A stretch of DNA of 63,980 bases, counting the filler, from Trypethelium eluteriae (taxonomy: Eukaryota): assembly GCA_051942245.1 (NCBI GenBank). It is 4 parts of 4 records of this genome, joined end to end, with 100 filler letters (N's around TTAATTAATTAA, not from the genome) between each part and the next. Parts side by side here need not be neighbours in the genome. Positions count along the whole stretch, not along the records: positions 1 to 16,497 come from JAVECL010000619.1; 3 more parts are not named here. One strand, written 5' to 3'. The notes under the pieces are model-generated. The model saw only the letters and a program-made list of their open reading frames with translations. It was not told where the DNA came from and made no database searches. Of this stretch, positions 1 through 12,204 are shown piece after piece. The stretch's first letter is position 1. Each line of letters opens with the position of its first letter. Position numbers and translations under genes: made by a program.

Positions 1-1841
1 GGTCGTAGCGGGGGGTCTGGGGCGTCGGGGCTGGTGTGGAGTGTGAGGTAGAGTTGTTGGCGTTATTGGGGTTGTTGGGGTTGTTGTCGGGAGGGTGTGG
101 TGAGGAGATGTCGCCGGGGTCGAGCTCCTCGGGTTGGGTGAACATGGCGCGGATGCTGGGGAAGGTGGTTTCGAGGGAGGAGATGAGGAAGAGGACGCCG
201 CTGATGAAGGGAGGTTCGTGCATGGTAATGACTTGGAGGAGGCGCTTGACGAAGGCTTGCACTCGGCGGATGCTAACGTCGGCTTTGAGAGACTTGTAGA
301 GGAGGTTCAGGTACATGACCTGCTTTGATGAGTTCAATATACGTGGATCCAGGAGGGATTCGTATAGAGTGCGATAGAATCGGTCGGCGGAATAGTGCTT
401 GGCGGACGAGATTTGTTGAATTAGCATGAGAGCTTGGATGCTGGTGTTAAAGTTGGCAGAATGGGTAATTCGAAACATAGTGTCCAGATGCTTTTCGAAA
501 ACGCTGTCATCCGTGTTTGCAAAAGGATATGCTCTGTTAACACCAGTCAAGACCTGAGCAATGAGCTTATCGTTCATTTCAATCTCCGAAGCATTAGCAG
601 CTTCTTGAGATTTGGCCTTTTGTCGTGCTTTTCTACCAGGTTTTCCACCACCGCCTTGAACGCCATTGGCCTTTGGGTGCGCTGACGGATTCCTGCCCTT
701 CTCTGGCTCTTTGAGCAGTACGAAGAACAAATTGAAGTAAATAGTCAGCAGTCGATTTGCAACCTCTTGTTCCTTCATCGTGAGAACGGTTTGATTGAGA
801 GTAATGATAGCGTAGTACTTGGCATGCAACGTTTGGCCAGGTTTCCACAAGAGATCTGATTCGATCGCATTGACTATTACAGGCTTCATTGCAGGATGCG
901 CACTCTGGAGTTGCAGAAGTAGGTAGGATGCTCGAGAGGCCACTCTCTTCTCCTTGTCACCCAGCTTATTAACCAGTAGCCTCAACAGATTCTCTTCCTG
1001 CTCCGGCTTCTCTTTGAGAAGCTCGTACACAATTGTAATGGCCCTCTTACGAGAGAACTCTACTTCGTCGTTACCCCAGGATTCGATTATTGTCAGAAGC
1101 GTAAAATATGTCTTCTTCAACCAATCCTCGTATGCCCAATATATCAAGTGTACCTTTTCCAGACCATTAGGCAGAGGTTCCCCAGCCTGCCAGGTTGTTG
1201 CTTTGCCTTGGAAAGCGGTCAAGAGGGCAGGCTGTCTCCCGAAAGGACGTAGCTTTCTGTCTGGCGGCAATACGACTCCTTGTGCGAAAAGATCCTTGAT
1301 GGCTTGGATTGCCAGTAATGCTTGATTGCGACTCCTTTTCTTTGCGAGACCTAGTAGATTTTCTAGAGCCTTTGTATTATGCAGAGGTGATTCTTGAACC
1401 AGTAGCGTAAGTGCTGATACTTTATCCTCCCAAGTTCCAGACGTCGTTATGGTTCCAAGGAATTTATGTGATGAAGAGGATGAATTCTGTGATGTGCTGT
1501 ATGTAACATTATCAGCTTCCAGCAGCGATATTGCATATTCTTGAATGCTTTTAAGCGTTTGATCTGGAAGAGGGTGGAGGGATGCCGAGACTGGCACAGA
1601 TGGCACTTCGACGGCATGCCAGTCAGGTCGAGGCTTGAATATCTTGTCATCATGTTAGGCTCAACAGCGTCACACAGATATAAGTACGGGCTCTCACCAA
1701 CGGCGTTCCTTTCTGTTGTTTTCCGGTCTTGGTGGGCTTGCTATCGAGACCTTTCTTGGTATGAAAGTGATCGCCCTTTGGCTTTGGTGACTTGTCGGAA
1801 AAGCCATTGCTCATATCAGATGCTTTACGCTTCCTCCCCAT
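1..1841 (-). CDS. MAK21: Ribosome biogenesis protein Mak21/Noc1 (CBF/CEBPZ family), 3' part runs off the window start
   Basis: ATG 1841, intron 1643-1697 (GTGAGA..CTAAC..AAG), then an open frame to base 1 with SGTWEDKVSALTLLVQESPLH, LLKEKPEQEENLLRLLVNKLGD and DRFYRTLYESLLDPR, typical of Mak21/Noc1. Absent from the ORF track, presumably because there is no stop inside the window. Confidence 0.92.
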
Positions 1842-2121
1842 CTTGGCTTATCATTGGGCCAATTAAGCCAAAGTTCTTATGGGGAAAATTTGAGCTTTCA
1901 TCCACCGCATCGTCGGCTTGAATTTTTGATATTCTGCCGCATCGGTCAAAGAAGGCTCGGGCCGATTCCGGCTCTCTTAGAACGCGTCTTGCCGTGACCG
2001 CGTCAAGCTTTCGATCTCTTTGGAAACCCTTACTGCATTGTCTGCTGGGTGTGGAGAGCCATGCAGGGCCTTTAGAGTTGTGCGGGTGCAAAGAATTCTT
2101 GTTTCATGGTGTTGACCCCAA

Positions 2122-4225
2122 ATGGCCTCGATCAGAGGCAGTCTGACAAGGATTCCTCCGTGTTAGTGATTTTCCCAAGATGATCAGACCTTGAGTTGAC
2201 GAACTTCCAATAAGTATTGAGAAATCGATTATCGAGTTTCTGGGTTCCCACCGGGGGCATCACCCCTATAGCGTCAGAACAAGATGACCCTCATGCTCTT
2301 TTGATCCGAGCTGGATTTCTAAGACAGGCATATACTGGCATCTTCCATCTGCTACCGCTGGGCCTGAGGGTCCAAGAAAAATTGCAAGACCTGGTCGATC
2401 ACCACATGAGATCAATTGGTATGTGATCACTCTCATACGGTGGCTGCATTCTCTCATCCAGCTTGAAGGCGCTTCCAAACTTTCTCTGTCGTCAGTTTCT
2501 TCATCGGAGCTATGGCAGAAGACTGGGAGATTAGATGAGACATCAACTGAAGTAGGCTGTCAATACCATGTAAATTAATACTGCTAACAAGTTTCCATAG
2601 TTTCTTCAAATTCAGGACCGTAGAAACAGTGGTTATCTACTGTCACCGACCCATGAGGAAGAAATTACTACGCTTATCAAGGGTACTGTTAAATCATACA
2701 AGGACTTGCCATTGCGGCTCTATCAAATTGGTGAAGACATCATTCTGGTCAATAAATTCTAGGTAGCTGACTTTAGAGGATTAAAGGCCGCAAGTATCGA
2801 GATGAGCTTCGTCCACGCCAAGGCCTATTACGTACAAAGGAGTTCCTTATGAAAGACCTTTATACTTTCGATGTAACTCAAGAAGAGGCGAAAAAGTCTT
2901 ATGAAGACGTCACGAAAGCTTATGGGGCCTTTTTCAAAGATCTACAAGTCCCTTATACCGTCGCAGCGGCAGACTCCGGAAATATGGGTGGCAACCTGAG
3001 TCACGAGTACCATTTTCTGACACCGCGAGGAGAGGACAATGTTGTATCCTGTACCCATTGCACATATACTGCCAACGAAGAAGTTGCTGAAAGAGATCCT
3101 CAAGAACTCTCCGTGTCTACTACACTAAGCATACAGGACTTAGGCATTTGGCCCACCATTTCTAAGGATAGAAGTACTCTTGTTCTCGTCTTCTTTCCTA
3201 AAAGCTCCGAAAAGGCTAGAGAAGAAAGTTCCCCGGACTCCATCAATCCGCGTTCGGTGGAGAAGCTTGTGCCGAATATCGACTTGAGCATCGAGGATCC
3301 AGTGCAGTCGTGGACCACGGTGAATTCAAATAGGCCCACCGAGCCACAGAGTATCTTACACATCTATGACACACGACTCTCGGCAGACATAACGGCTAGA
3401 CTACGAGTAAGCAAGGAAGAATCCTGGATTCCTTCGGATCTTCGTAAGTTATATTCGCGTACCGTATCAGTGGACGAGATGGTGGCGCGGGGCTCTCAAG
3501 GTATTTCCATTGACCTTGTAAAAATGAAAGAAGGGGATGCCTGTCCTCATTGCTCTGAGGGTACTCTCCAGATTCAACGAGGCATAGAAGTTGGGCATAC
3601 TTTTTATCTCGGCACTCGATATAGTGAACCGCTTGATGCGATAGTATCAACGCCAACGCAGAGTGCCATTTCTATGCAGATGGGTTGCCACGGCATTGGA
3701 ATTTCTCGATTGATAGGTGCAGTGGCGGCCGCCTCGTCAAACTCGATTGGTTTAAGATGGCCACGGGCTATAGCACCTTTTGACGTGGTTATCATTGTTC
3801 CCATGGACGGACTAGGTATTCAAGAGGATATCACGTGGTGTTACGATGCTCTCAGAACCTGCAACATCAAATCGAGTCTGCAAACGATGGACTATCTAGA
3901 AGACGGCCACCTGGGTCATGAGACTATTGGCGAGTCTTCTAGCGGTAGGTCAGTATCAAAAGTTATAGCACCAGGGAAACCCTACATCGATCCTGTAATC
4001 GACGACCGGAAAAAGCATTTCGGCTGGAAGCTGAAAGATGCTGACTTGATTGGATATCCAGTATCGATCCTACTTGGAAAGGCTTGGAGTAGTGACAGGC
4101 TGGCAGAGGTTAAATGCCCAGCACTAGAAAGCAATGATCTAGTCGCAGCGGAGGATCTAGTCGAGTACGTGGAAGAGCGTCTCTTGGCTTACGTACAAAA
4201 GGCTGGCCCACTTGCAATCACCTGA
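2122..4225 (+). CDS. AIM10: Mitochondrial prolyl-tRNA synthetase (class II, bacterial-type ProRS), multi-exon
   Basis: LIRAGFLRQAYTGIFHLLPLG, LSPTHEEEIT, KYRDELRPRQGLLRTKEFLMKDLYTF, MQMGCHGIGISRL, DADLIGYP; short GT-AG introns at about 2162-2214, 2419-2468, 2552-2600 and 2730-2786; basic presequence-like N-terminus MASIRGSLTRIPP. Divergent from MAK21 across 280 bp. Confidence 0.9.
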
Positions 4226-4481
4226 ACTGTCTGGAGTCCACCGGAAATGGCTCTGTTTGGAGAAGGGTCATGAAGAACCTATGAAAAGCCAAACACTACG
4301 GTTGCCATTTAAAGAGCCCGACACTCATCGGTAAAACAGGCCATTTTCTTCAAAACTAGTGTACAAATCGAGCTTAAAATCGTCCAGCGCGCGGAGAAAA
4401 ACACGTTCGAGGAACCACAGCGCCATGCTTTCGCGGAATACTCAAAGCATGCACGACCAGCCTTCATTGATCTCCTCCATG

Positions 4482-4706
4482 CTACTTCCTCTCAGCTCTT
4501 CTTCCTGCTTGACCTTTCACTATGCGTTTCGAGACAGACGTCACTTCTTCACCACCGCATTCAAGACAAGCATGTTCCATTCGCAAAGTTTGCCATATTT
4601 CTCCGCTCGAGCATTGGCGTTGCACCATCTGGCCTGCTGGACAATATGCCGCCCAGACAGTCTTCGTATGTCCACAAGGATGGGTATGTGCGTAGAATTT
4701 GCACAT
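4482..4706 (-). CDS. Small Cys/His-rich hypothetical protein (MCK..H.HPCGH...C...C..CxxC)
   Basis: 74-aa ATG ORF with a fungal 'MC...CGH' N-terminus; a strong minus-strand branch/acceptor (GACTAAC...CCAG, about 4838-4817) upstream suggests a 5'UTR intron; TATA-like sequence near 4995. Confidence 0.6.
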   Translation of the reverse strand: MCKFYAHTHPCGHTKTVWAAYCPAGQMVQRQCSSGEIWQTLRMEHACLECGGEEVTSVSKRIVKGQAGRRAERK

Positions 4707-6387
4707 TGTTTATCGTGAGTCTGGATCCTTGGAATCTAGACGGATCTCTCGTCGGGATATCTGCTTCGAATTGGTACGCCTTTGAAGATGACTGAACGTT
4801 TGTGGTCGATCACCCGCTGGATGAAATGATTGTTAGTCTGCAATGAAGAGCAGCTGTCATTAATTAGACTTGAATCAGTCAGGAGGCAAGGATGAGAAGA
4901 GACGGAGACGCAAGATGGCTACTTGAAGTGGTCAATTGATAGTCTTGGCTTGAACAGATTAATTCCCCCTCTGAATTGGTATACTACGCCGGATTATATA
5001 CTCCTCATCTAGGATCTTTGTCATTACATACTCAGGTCGAGCAGCCAAGCAATTTGCAGCTCCACAGGCCTGAAACCGCTTTCATTCCTTCCTCTGGATG
5101 CGTGGCATGCTCAACGGTAACTTAGAGACAAAGTGGAGCGTCGTCAAGGTCCCACCCGTTCCGAAGCAGGTACAGAAATTGTAATCGTTATCCTGATCTT
5201 ATATTATTTCGACCTACCGGATCATCTTTGCTCGTTTCCCCATGTCTCGAACATCCGGAATTGTGCATCTTGGATAGGCACTATGCACAATCGCATCGGA
5301 TGTGACCAGAGATCACCTCATTCCCAGATACTAACGTGAAGTATCTCGCAGAAGTGAAACTGGAGACGGTGCAAACTACTTGTCTGCCTGAGCTAGCTGA
5401 CGCATTACAGGATTGGGATCCAGCGGCTCAGGAATGTTTGGTTGCAGTCTTGTGCAACGATGCTCATGGCAGCCTTGTGTTGCACATTAACCGGGGTAAA
5501 ATATCTCGTGCGTACGAAAGGATTTGGAAAACGCTCTTGTCCGGATCTTCATCCAGTCGTTTGCTAGATGACCTTCCTGGCAGATTTATCTGGGTAGGCT
5601 CAAAACTACTTCATCAAGATAGAGGTCAAAATGATTGTAGCCTTCATCCAACCGACGCTGATGCTGGCGCTTTTTGAGGACCTTCGATCAGAATAAACTA
5701 ACACATACACGAAGTAATCAAAAAACGTGCTGGTGGCGCCGCAAGAAGGCTGCACGCAGCGGGCCGATGGATGTAGCAAAGTACCGTGGCTGAACCCGAA
5801 TGGCTGTGTCCTGGCTCCATTGCACAAGTTCCAAAATTCACCGTGATATAAACCTGCTGTCTGATCTTGGGGAACGAACAAATGGTCCCGACAACTTCTA
5901 CGAGATGTACGACGCCCGGACGGCATATCCGAGCGTCGCGGCCTCAGACGTCAAACAGGTCGGAGTGACATAGATTGCCTAGAAGCAATCCTCACTACAG
6001 GCCGTAAATGACGGCGAATCCAGACGTGAATGGTCCTACGTCTTCAGCCACTCGTGGAAGGTTCCAAATTCTGGCAAGTCTGCATAAGCGCGCACTTAAC
6101 ACGAGGTCCAGATTCCGAGTATTCTTCTTCGTGGTCCGAGTGCACAGTGCGAGCCCTAACAAGAGAAGGTCTAATCAGAACCTTGTCTGTTCTCAACATG
6201 TCGGCGACCTCCGCGCTTGTGATCGTTCCATCATCTCCGAAGCCCGAACAGTATTCTCACTACTCCGTACACAACCGTAGCTTCTAATGGAGATTAGATA
6301 CGGTACAGTCATGATCTCGGCGATGCCCGGAAGCAAATTGGTGGGGCTGGATTTTCTCGCAATTGTCGCATCAAATGTGGGCGGTTC

Positions 6388-8007
6388 TCATAGTTTCGAA
6401 CTGCCGCTTGGTCGCTCAAGATGTTTCGTTTTGTTCTTGTAGTTCTTCACCAGTTGCCGCACCTACGCAGACGTCAGCCTTGGCTTCTTGGGTTCACACA
6501 GCAATAATACTGACGGCTAGATCGAGCATCACGTCCTCAGAGCCTCCTGGGATTCTAAGGCCTGGCACTTCACGGTAGATTTCTATCTCAACACATTAGC
6601 TCCATAGGCCCCGAAAAGTAAGGAGAGCAATTTTTCGAAGCATCCTACCCGCAACGGATAGCAGAGAAAAAGGCGAGCCACTTACTTTCAGCGATCTCCC
6701 CAACTCCACTCCTCGTAAACCCATTCCCCCCAAACAAGAGCACCGCACAGTTCGCACACTCGCTCAACACCCTTCCCGTCTGCGCCTTCGCCAGCGCCGT
6801 CAACCCACCCAACTCCACATCCGCGACCTCCTTCTCCAACCGCGTCATCTGATACGTAAACGCCTCCAACCACGCCCACAAGCTCTCAAGCTGCGCCCCC
6901 GCGCCCGCCAACCGATGTCTCACCACCGGCTGCTCCACCAGCGCCTTCCCAAACGCCTCCCTACGCATCACATACTCGAACGCCGCCGCCAGCGCCACCC
7001 GCGCCATCCGCGCCCCCTGGATCGCCACCAGCAGCCGCTCGTGGTTGAAGTTCGTCATCACGTACTTCATGCCTGCGCCCTCGACGCCGATCAGGTTGCT
7101 CGCGGGCACGACGACGTCGTCGAACTCGATGAACGTCGTGCCCGCCGCGCGCTGGCCCGCGACACGCAGCCGGCGCGTCGTCACGCCTGGTGTGTTTTTG
7201 AGGGGGATGAGCAGGAGTGAGAGGCCGCTGGCGCCTGGGCCGGAGGTGCGCACGGCGGTGGTGGCGTAGTCTGACCAGATGCCGTTGGTGATCCATTTCT
7301 TTTGCCCGGAAATGAGGTAGGAGCGGCCGTCGGGGGATTTGGTCGCGGTGGTGTGGATGTTGGCGACGTCGCTGCCTGGATGGGTGAAAATGAGTGTCAG
7401 TATAGGTTTTCGTCCATATTATTTTTAAATGCAGTGGGTTGAGCCTGCGCTCTCTCCTGCCCACGCCATGTACGCAAAGATGGCAGCAGAAGATGTCCTA
7501 AAAGTACGTACCAGCCTCCGGCTCTGTAATCGCAATGCAGCACCTCTTCTTCCCCGTCAGCAGCTCGGGACATACTCGCTCTTGCAGCTCTCGACTCCCA
7601 AACTTCAAGATTGGGGGTATCCCGAACGCGAACCCCGTTGTCAGACTCCCGGGTGGTCCCGCCAACCCACTCCGCGCCATCTCGTCCACGTAGATCAGCG
7701 TATGTAGATAGTCCCACTCTTTGATCGCGACTCCTCCGATCTCGTGAATGCCGAGGCGTTCAAGCCATTCGATTGGGAGCGGTGAGGGTAGATTTGGGAT
7801 GAGCATATTGGCAGCGGCGAAGGTGTGGAAGACATGGTCGGGAACAGTTTCTTCGTTCTCCCATTCGAGAGCATGCTGGAGGAGATGCTTCTCGACGAGC
7901 TCGCGGCAATATTTTTGCCATTTGCGGTGGGAGTCATTGTAATAAGGCGAAGGGAGGCCGGAGAGGTAGGGAGGCTCGGAGAAGGGGATTGGGGTCGGAG
8001 AGGTCAT
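6388..8007 (-). CDS. Acyl-CoA dehydrogenase, peroxisomal (C-terminal SKL)
   Basis: Four exons (about 8007-7512, 7376-6686, 6582-6514, 6462-6388); CIAITEPEAGSDVA, GQKKWITNG, NFNHERL, LLFGGNGF, RIPGGSEDVMLDLAVRQL; the final spliced exon ends PSGSSKL*. Confidence 0.9.
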
Positions 8008-8169
8008 TGTAACTGCTGCGATGGACAACGTCTAGAGGACAGAGAGAGTGGAGATAGTAGTTCAAAAGCTACATGATAGGGATTAGGCAATCTGTCGTGC
8101 GTTCGTTGTCAACGCGGCTGATGTATAGGTCAAGCTCTGGACGGATTTAGGAAATCCGGGGAAGAAATT

Positions 8170-8217
8170 GCGGGGAGCGCCGTGAAATTTAGAGTACCTA
8201 GCCCCGCCTCGCCGAGG
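8170..8217. promoter_or_regulatory. Candidate CreA (SYGGRG) x2 and FarA/FarB (CCGAGG) sites upstream of the acyl-CoA dehydrogenase
   Basis: GCGGGG 8170-8175, CCCCGC 8202-8207 and CCGAGG 8212-8217, about 160-210 bp upstream of the ATG at 8007. Short motifs, so chance matches are possible. Confidence 0.4.
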
Positions 8218-8353
8218 TCTTTTGGTTAAGGTAATTTATCTTAACTATTGATCTTTCAGGTAATCAAAGAATTACCCATAAATAAATTCCAGCTGGGTAT
8301 CCACGTGGGGCATACGTTTAAACATCCTTCAACACCCGAGCTCATGCTCACAA

Positions 8354-9843
8354 TTAACTTGTCCAGTGTGGCACTTGCCTCTTATCACCAACAGTCCCGT
8401 TTGTCCCCTTCACGTCCGGTAAATCGTTCTTGATTTTCTTTCCTTCCGGCAACTTGAAATGCGGCCTTAAAGGTTCCCAGCTCTCGGCATTGTAGTCCTC
8501 CTGCACCTTCTTGCACTTCTTTAACCCCCATTCCGTCACACCTACCATTAGACAACTCTCAAACATGAACGCCATGCTCCCTTCCCCAACCTTCACAGGC
8601 GTTAGCTCAGCATTGGATGCCTTTTCATGTGTTGTCGCGTCCGGACCGTGTGCACTCATCACATTGTGGAGACTAGCGCCAGCAGGTTGAAATCCGCCTC
8701 CGGTTTTGGCATCGTACTGACCGTGAATGAGCCCCATGAACTCAGACATAGTGTTCCGGTGATACCACGGCGGACGGAACGTGTCTTCTTGAACGAGCCA
8801 TCGTGGTGGAAAAATGACGAAATCGGCTACAGCGGTGCCAGCGTGGTCGGACTGCGCAGTAAGAACAGTGTAGATGCTGGGATCTGGGTGGTCGAAGGAG
8901 ACGCTACCGATAGTGCTAAAGCGTGCGAGGTCATATTTGTATGGATAGTAATTTCCGTGCCAAGCAACAACGTCGAAGGGAGTGTGGTTCTGTTTGGCGG
9001 CGAAGAGATGTCCGGAGAATTTGGAGAGAAGGGTCCAGGGAGTGTCGGTGTCTTCGTCGAAGGAAGCAATGGGTACCTGGAAATCTCGCGCATTCGCGAG
9101 ACAGTTGGATCCAATAGGACCAAGCTCCGGGAGTGTAAAGTGATTCTGGTAGAGCTCAAGAATATAGCCACGGACAGGACCTTGGGGAAGAGCAACTCGA
9201 TATCTGATACCTCTTGGAATGACGCAGATCTCATTGGGTCTCACAAGAAGTTTCCCAAGCTCGGTTTGAATGTCGAGTACACCATGTTGAAGGACGATGA
9301 GGAAGTCTCCATCGGCAGAATAGAAAGCTTCGTGGGGGTCCATGTCCTTTCCAGCTGCAAAGATGAACATACCAATTCCGTGCTTCATAGTAGGATCACC
9401 TGCTCCTGCTACCAAATGCAATGAATGTACCCAATCCACTGTCTCGTCGAGGTCGAAGGGATCCCATCGTAGCTGGTTGGGAATGTGGTGCAGCTTCTCA
9501 TGAGGCTTGCTTTCTGGATTGGTGTTGTAGGTAGCGGATTCCCTTGGCTCAAATGAGGCATGAGCGGATGCTGGAAGGATCCTATACAGCCATGTCTGCT
9601 GGTTCTCGCTACGTGGTGCTGTGAAGGCTGTCCCAGAGAGCTTCTCATTGTAGAGTCCATATGATGGCTTCTGAGGCGAGTTTGCAGCTATTGGAAGAGC
9701 TCCTTCAACAGCTTCAGTCCTACGGAATGATAAGACATAGCGATCATATCAAAGTGTCCGAAGCTGCCAACTTACTCATGGTAAGAATTGAAGCCATTCT
9801 GGTAGCGATACTTTTCTGCTGTAGAGAAGTTTGTCGTAGGCAT
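8354..9843 (-). CDS. hmgA: Homogentisate 1,2-dioxygenase
   Basis: ATG 9843 [23 protein letters not shown], intron 9720-9775, [60 protein letters not shown]. Confidence 0.97.
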
Positions 9844-10394
9844 ACTTTGTCCAGTCGTCTTTACTAATATCTACGGCGTTGACGATTCTTTGAGTCGACG
9901 ATGTCTTCCTCGAGATAGACTTCCTTTAATACAGTCCTTTTTAGATTTCACACATATAGGTGTTGTGTTTCCTTCCGAGAATGTTTTGCTCTGGCGAAGT
10001 GCCTGTCCTCCGTTTCCATTGCTCCGGTTTTAATTTGAGCTGAAGGCCGAGAATTGACAAGGTGTATACCAAGCCCGCTGTAATAGCTCCAAAAATGCAT
10101 AGTACGACGACTTTGTCACGGGTATTGGCGGAACATGTAGCACAAATGCGGAGAAGCATGGAAAAGGCGCGGAATCCTATGTAGAGTTATGAGGCTCCGT
10201 CCGCGGAACTAATTCCACCACCTTTTCAAGCAGTGACGTTAAAGTGCATTGTACATCCATTCTGACCCTGGCCTTTCCTTCCACCTGGAGATTCGTCAAA
10301 CAGAGGAAGCCCTCGCGACCTCCGACATGACGAACAATCTTCATTGGGAATTGTCTCAAAGCAGACCCGAAGCTCTCCGGAAGCACGATCAAGA

Positions 10395-11705
10395 ATGTCT
10401 CTGAGATCATGGCTATCGATCCCTAGGGGGTCTCACTTCTCCCTTGCTAACATACCCTTTGGCATCATCTCGACAGATGCTTCGCCAAAGCCCCGGCCTG
10501 CGGTAGCGATTGGCGACTACGCACTGGATCTTGAAGCATTCACTGCAAAAAATGGATTCTCCGCGTGCTCAATCATCCAGCCTCATCAGACAGTCTTCTC
10601 TCAGACTACACTAAACGCCTTCGCTGCCCTTGGCCGTCCTATACACAGCGTCGTGCGCAAGTACATACAAAGCGTCTTCTCCGAGAACACCCCTCATTCG
10701 GAAATACTCAAATCCAATACTTCGCTTCAAAGAGAAGTACTAATTCCGCTCAAGGAGGTCAAAACACATCTACCGATGCACATTGGAGACTATACAGACT
10801 TCTATGCTGGGAGGAATCACGCATTCAACGTTGGGTCTATGTTCAGAGGGAAAGACAACGCATTACAGCCAAACTACAATCATCTTCCAGTAGGATACCA
10901 TGGCCGGGCTTCTTCTGTCGTTGTTTCGGGTACACGGATACGCCGTCCCCAAGGGCAAATTCTTGAAAATCCAGTAGCGACGCCTAAGCAGCCCATTTTC
11001 TCCCCTTGCAAGAAGCTCGATATCGAACTAGAGCTTGGGGCTTTCGTGTGCAAACCAAACAAGTTGGGTGAACCCATCACGATAAGTGCAGCAGAAGAAA
11101 ACATTTTTGGTGTAGTTCTGATGAATGATTGGTCGGCAAGAGATATCCAGGCATGGGAATATGTGCCACTAGGTCCATTCAATGCGAAAAATTTCGGTAC
11201 AACAATATCGCCTTGGATAGTGCTGGTTGATGCATTGGAGCCCTTCATGACTAAGGGGTTATCGCAGGAAACGGAGCTTCTCCCGTATCTACGAGAGAAG
11301 AGGAAAGAGAATATGTACGATATTAGGCTCCAAGTCAATCTAACTCCCGAATCGGGAAAGACCACAACAATTGCAACAACTTCCTCGAAGAACTTGCTAT
11401 TTTCTTTCCCCCAAATGCTGGCTCACCATTCCATTACTGGCTGTCCGATGAACGTGGGAGACCTTCTGGGCTCCGGCACAATCAGCGGATTGGAGCCCAC
11501 TGAGCGAGGAGCTTTAATTGAACAGACATGGAATGGTAAAGATCCGATTAGGCTAGAAGGTGGCGAAGAGCGGACATTCCTTGAAGATGGGGACACTGTT
11601 ACTATCAAAGGTGTTTGCGGAAATAATGAGGACAGCCTAGTGGGATTTGGAGAATGTGTTGGGACAATTGAAGCGGCTATCAATCTTCAGCCCCATATTG
11701 GATAG
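10395..11705 (+). CDS. fahA: Fumarylacetoacetase (intronless)
   Basis: SHFSLANIPFG, IGDYTDFY, PVGYHGRASS, LDIELELG, MNDWSARDIQAWEYVPLGPFNAKNF, GDLLGSGTISG. Confidence 0.97.
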   Translation: MSLRSWLSIPRGSHFSLANIPFGIISTDASPKPRPAVAIGDYALDLEAFTAKNGFSACSIIQPHQTVFSQTTLNAFAALGRPIHSVVRKYIQSVFSENTPHSEILKSNTSLQREVLIPLKEVKTHLPMHIGDYTDFYAGRNHAFNVGSMFRGKDNALQPNYNHLPVGYHGRASSVVVSGTRIRRPQGQILENPVATPKQPIFSPCKKLDIELELGAFVCKPNKLGEPITISAAEENIFGVVLMNDWSARDIQAWEYVPLGPFNAKNFGTTISPWIVLVDALEPFMTKGLSQETELLPYLREKRKENMYDIRLQVNLTPESGKTTTIATTSSKNLLFSFPQMLAHHSITGCPMNVGDLLGSGTISGLEPTERGALIEQTWNGKDPIRLEGGEERTFLEDGDTVTIKGVCGNNEDSLVGFGECVGTIEAAINLQPHIG

Positions 11706-12204
11706 TCTCCAAAGTTTGTAATGAGTTTAAGTTGGAAAGCTACCCTGCATTTGATCTTCGAAAGCTGCACATATATTACAATCCTTGTAGGGCTTGCCGG
11801 ATTCACGGGCCATGAAGTGCGGCATCATTTCCGCTCTTCGTAGTCTGTCGGACTCCAATACCTGCAGCCCTAAGGTATACCTCCCGATCCACACGAAACT
11901 CTGCGGCACACACTAACGCTCTAATGTAGTCCCTCTAGGAGCGGCACGGGGATCGTTCTGTAGAACAGGGTCAGCCGGAAAACATCGGCTCTAGTTTTCT
12001 ACTCAAACAAAGCGTAGAGAGCTTGGCCGGGCTAAGCATAATTCTTTCCGTATTCTGCTCACTTTTATATGAACCTTCCTTTTCATATAAGAACCCAGAG
12101 GCCTTTATCTCTGAGGTAGTCAAACCATAGCACAGTCCATTTGTCCTTTGTCCACAATTGATCCCTCAAGAACCAGTCAGAGCTACCACAATTTGCTCAT
12201 TACG

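Noticed and set aside
8627..9424. 265-aa antisense ORF over hmgA (and similar shadow ORFs over fahA, EDE1 and the acyl-CoA dehydrogenase)
   Set aside because: Explained by codon bias of the real gene on the opposite strand.
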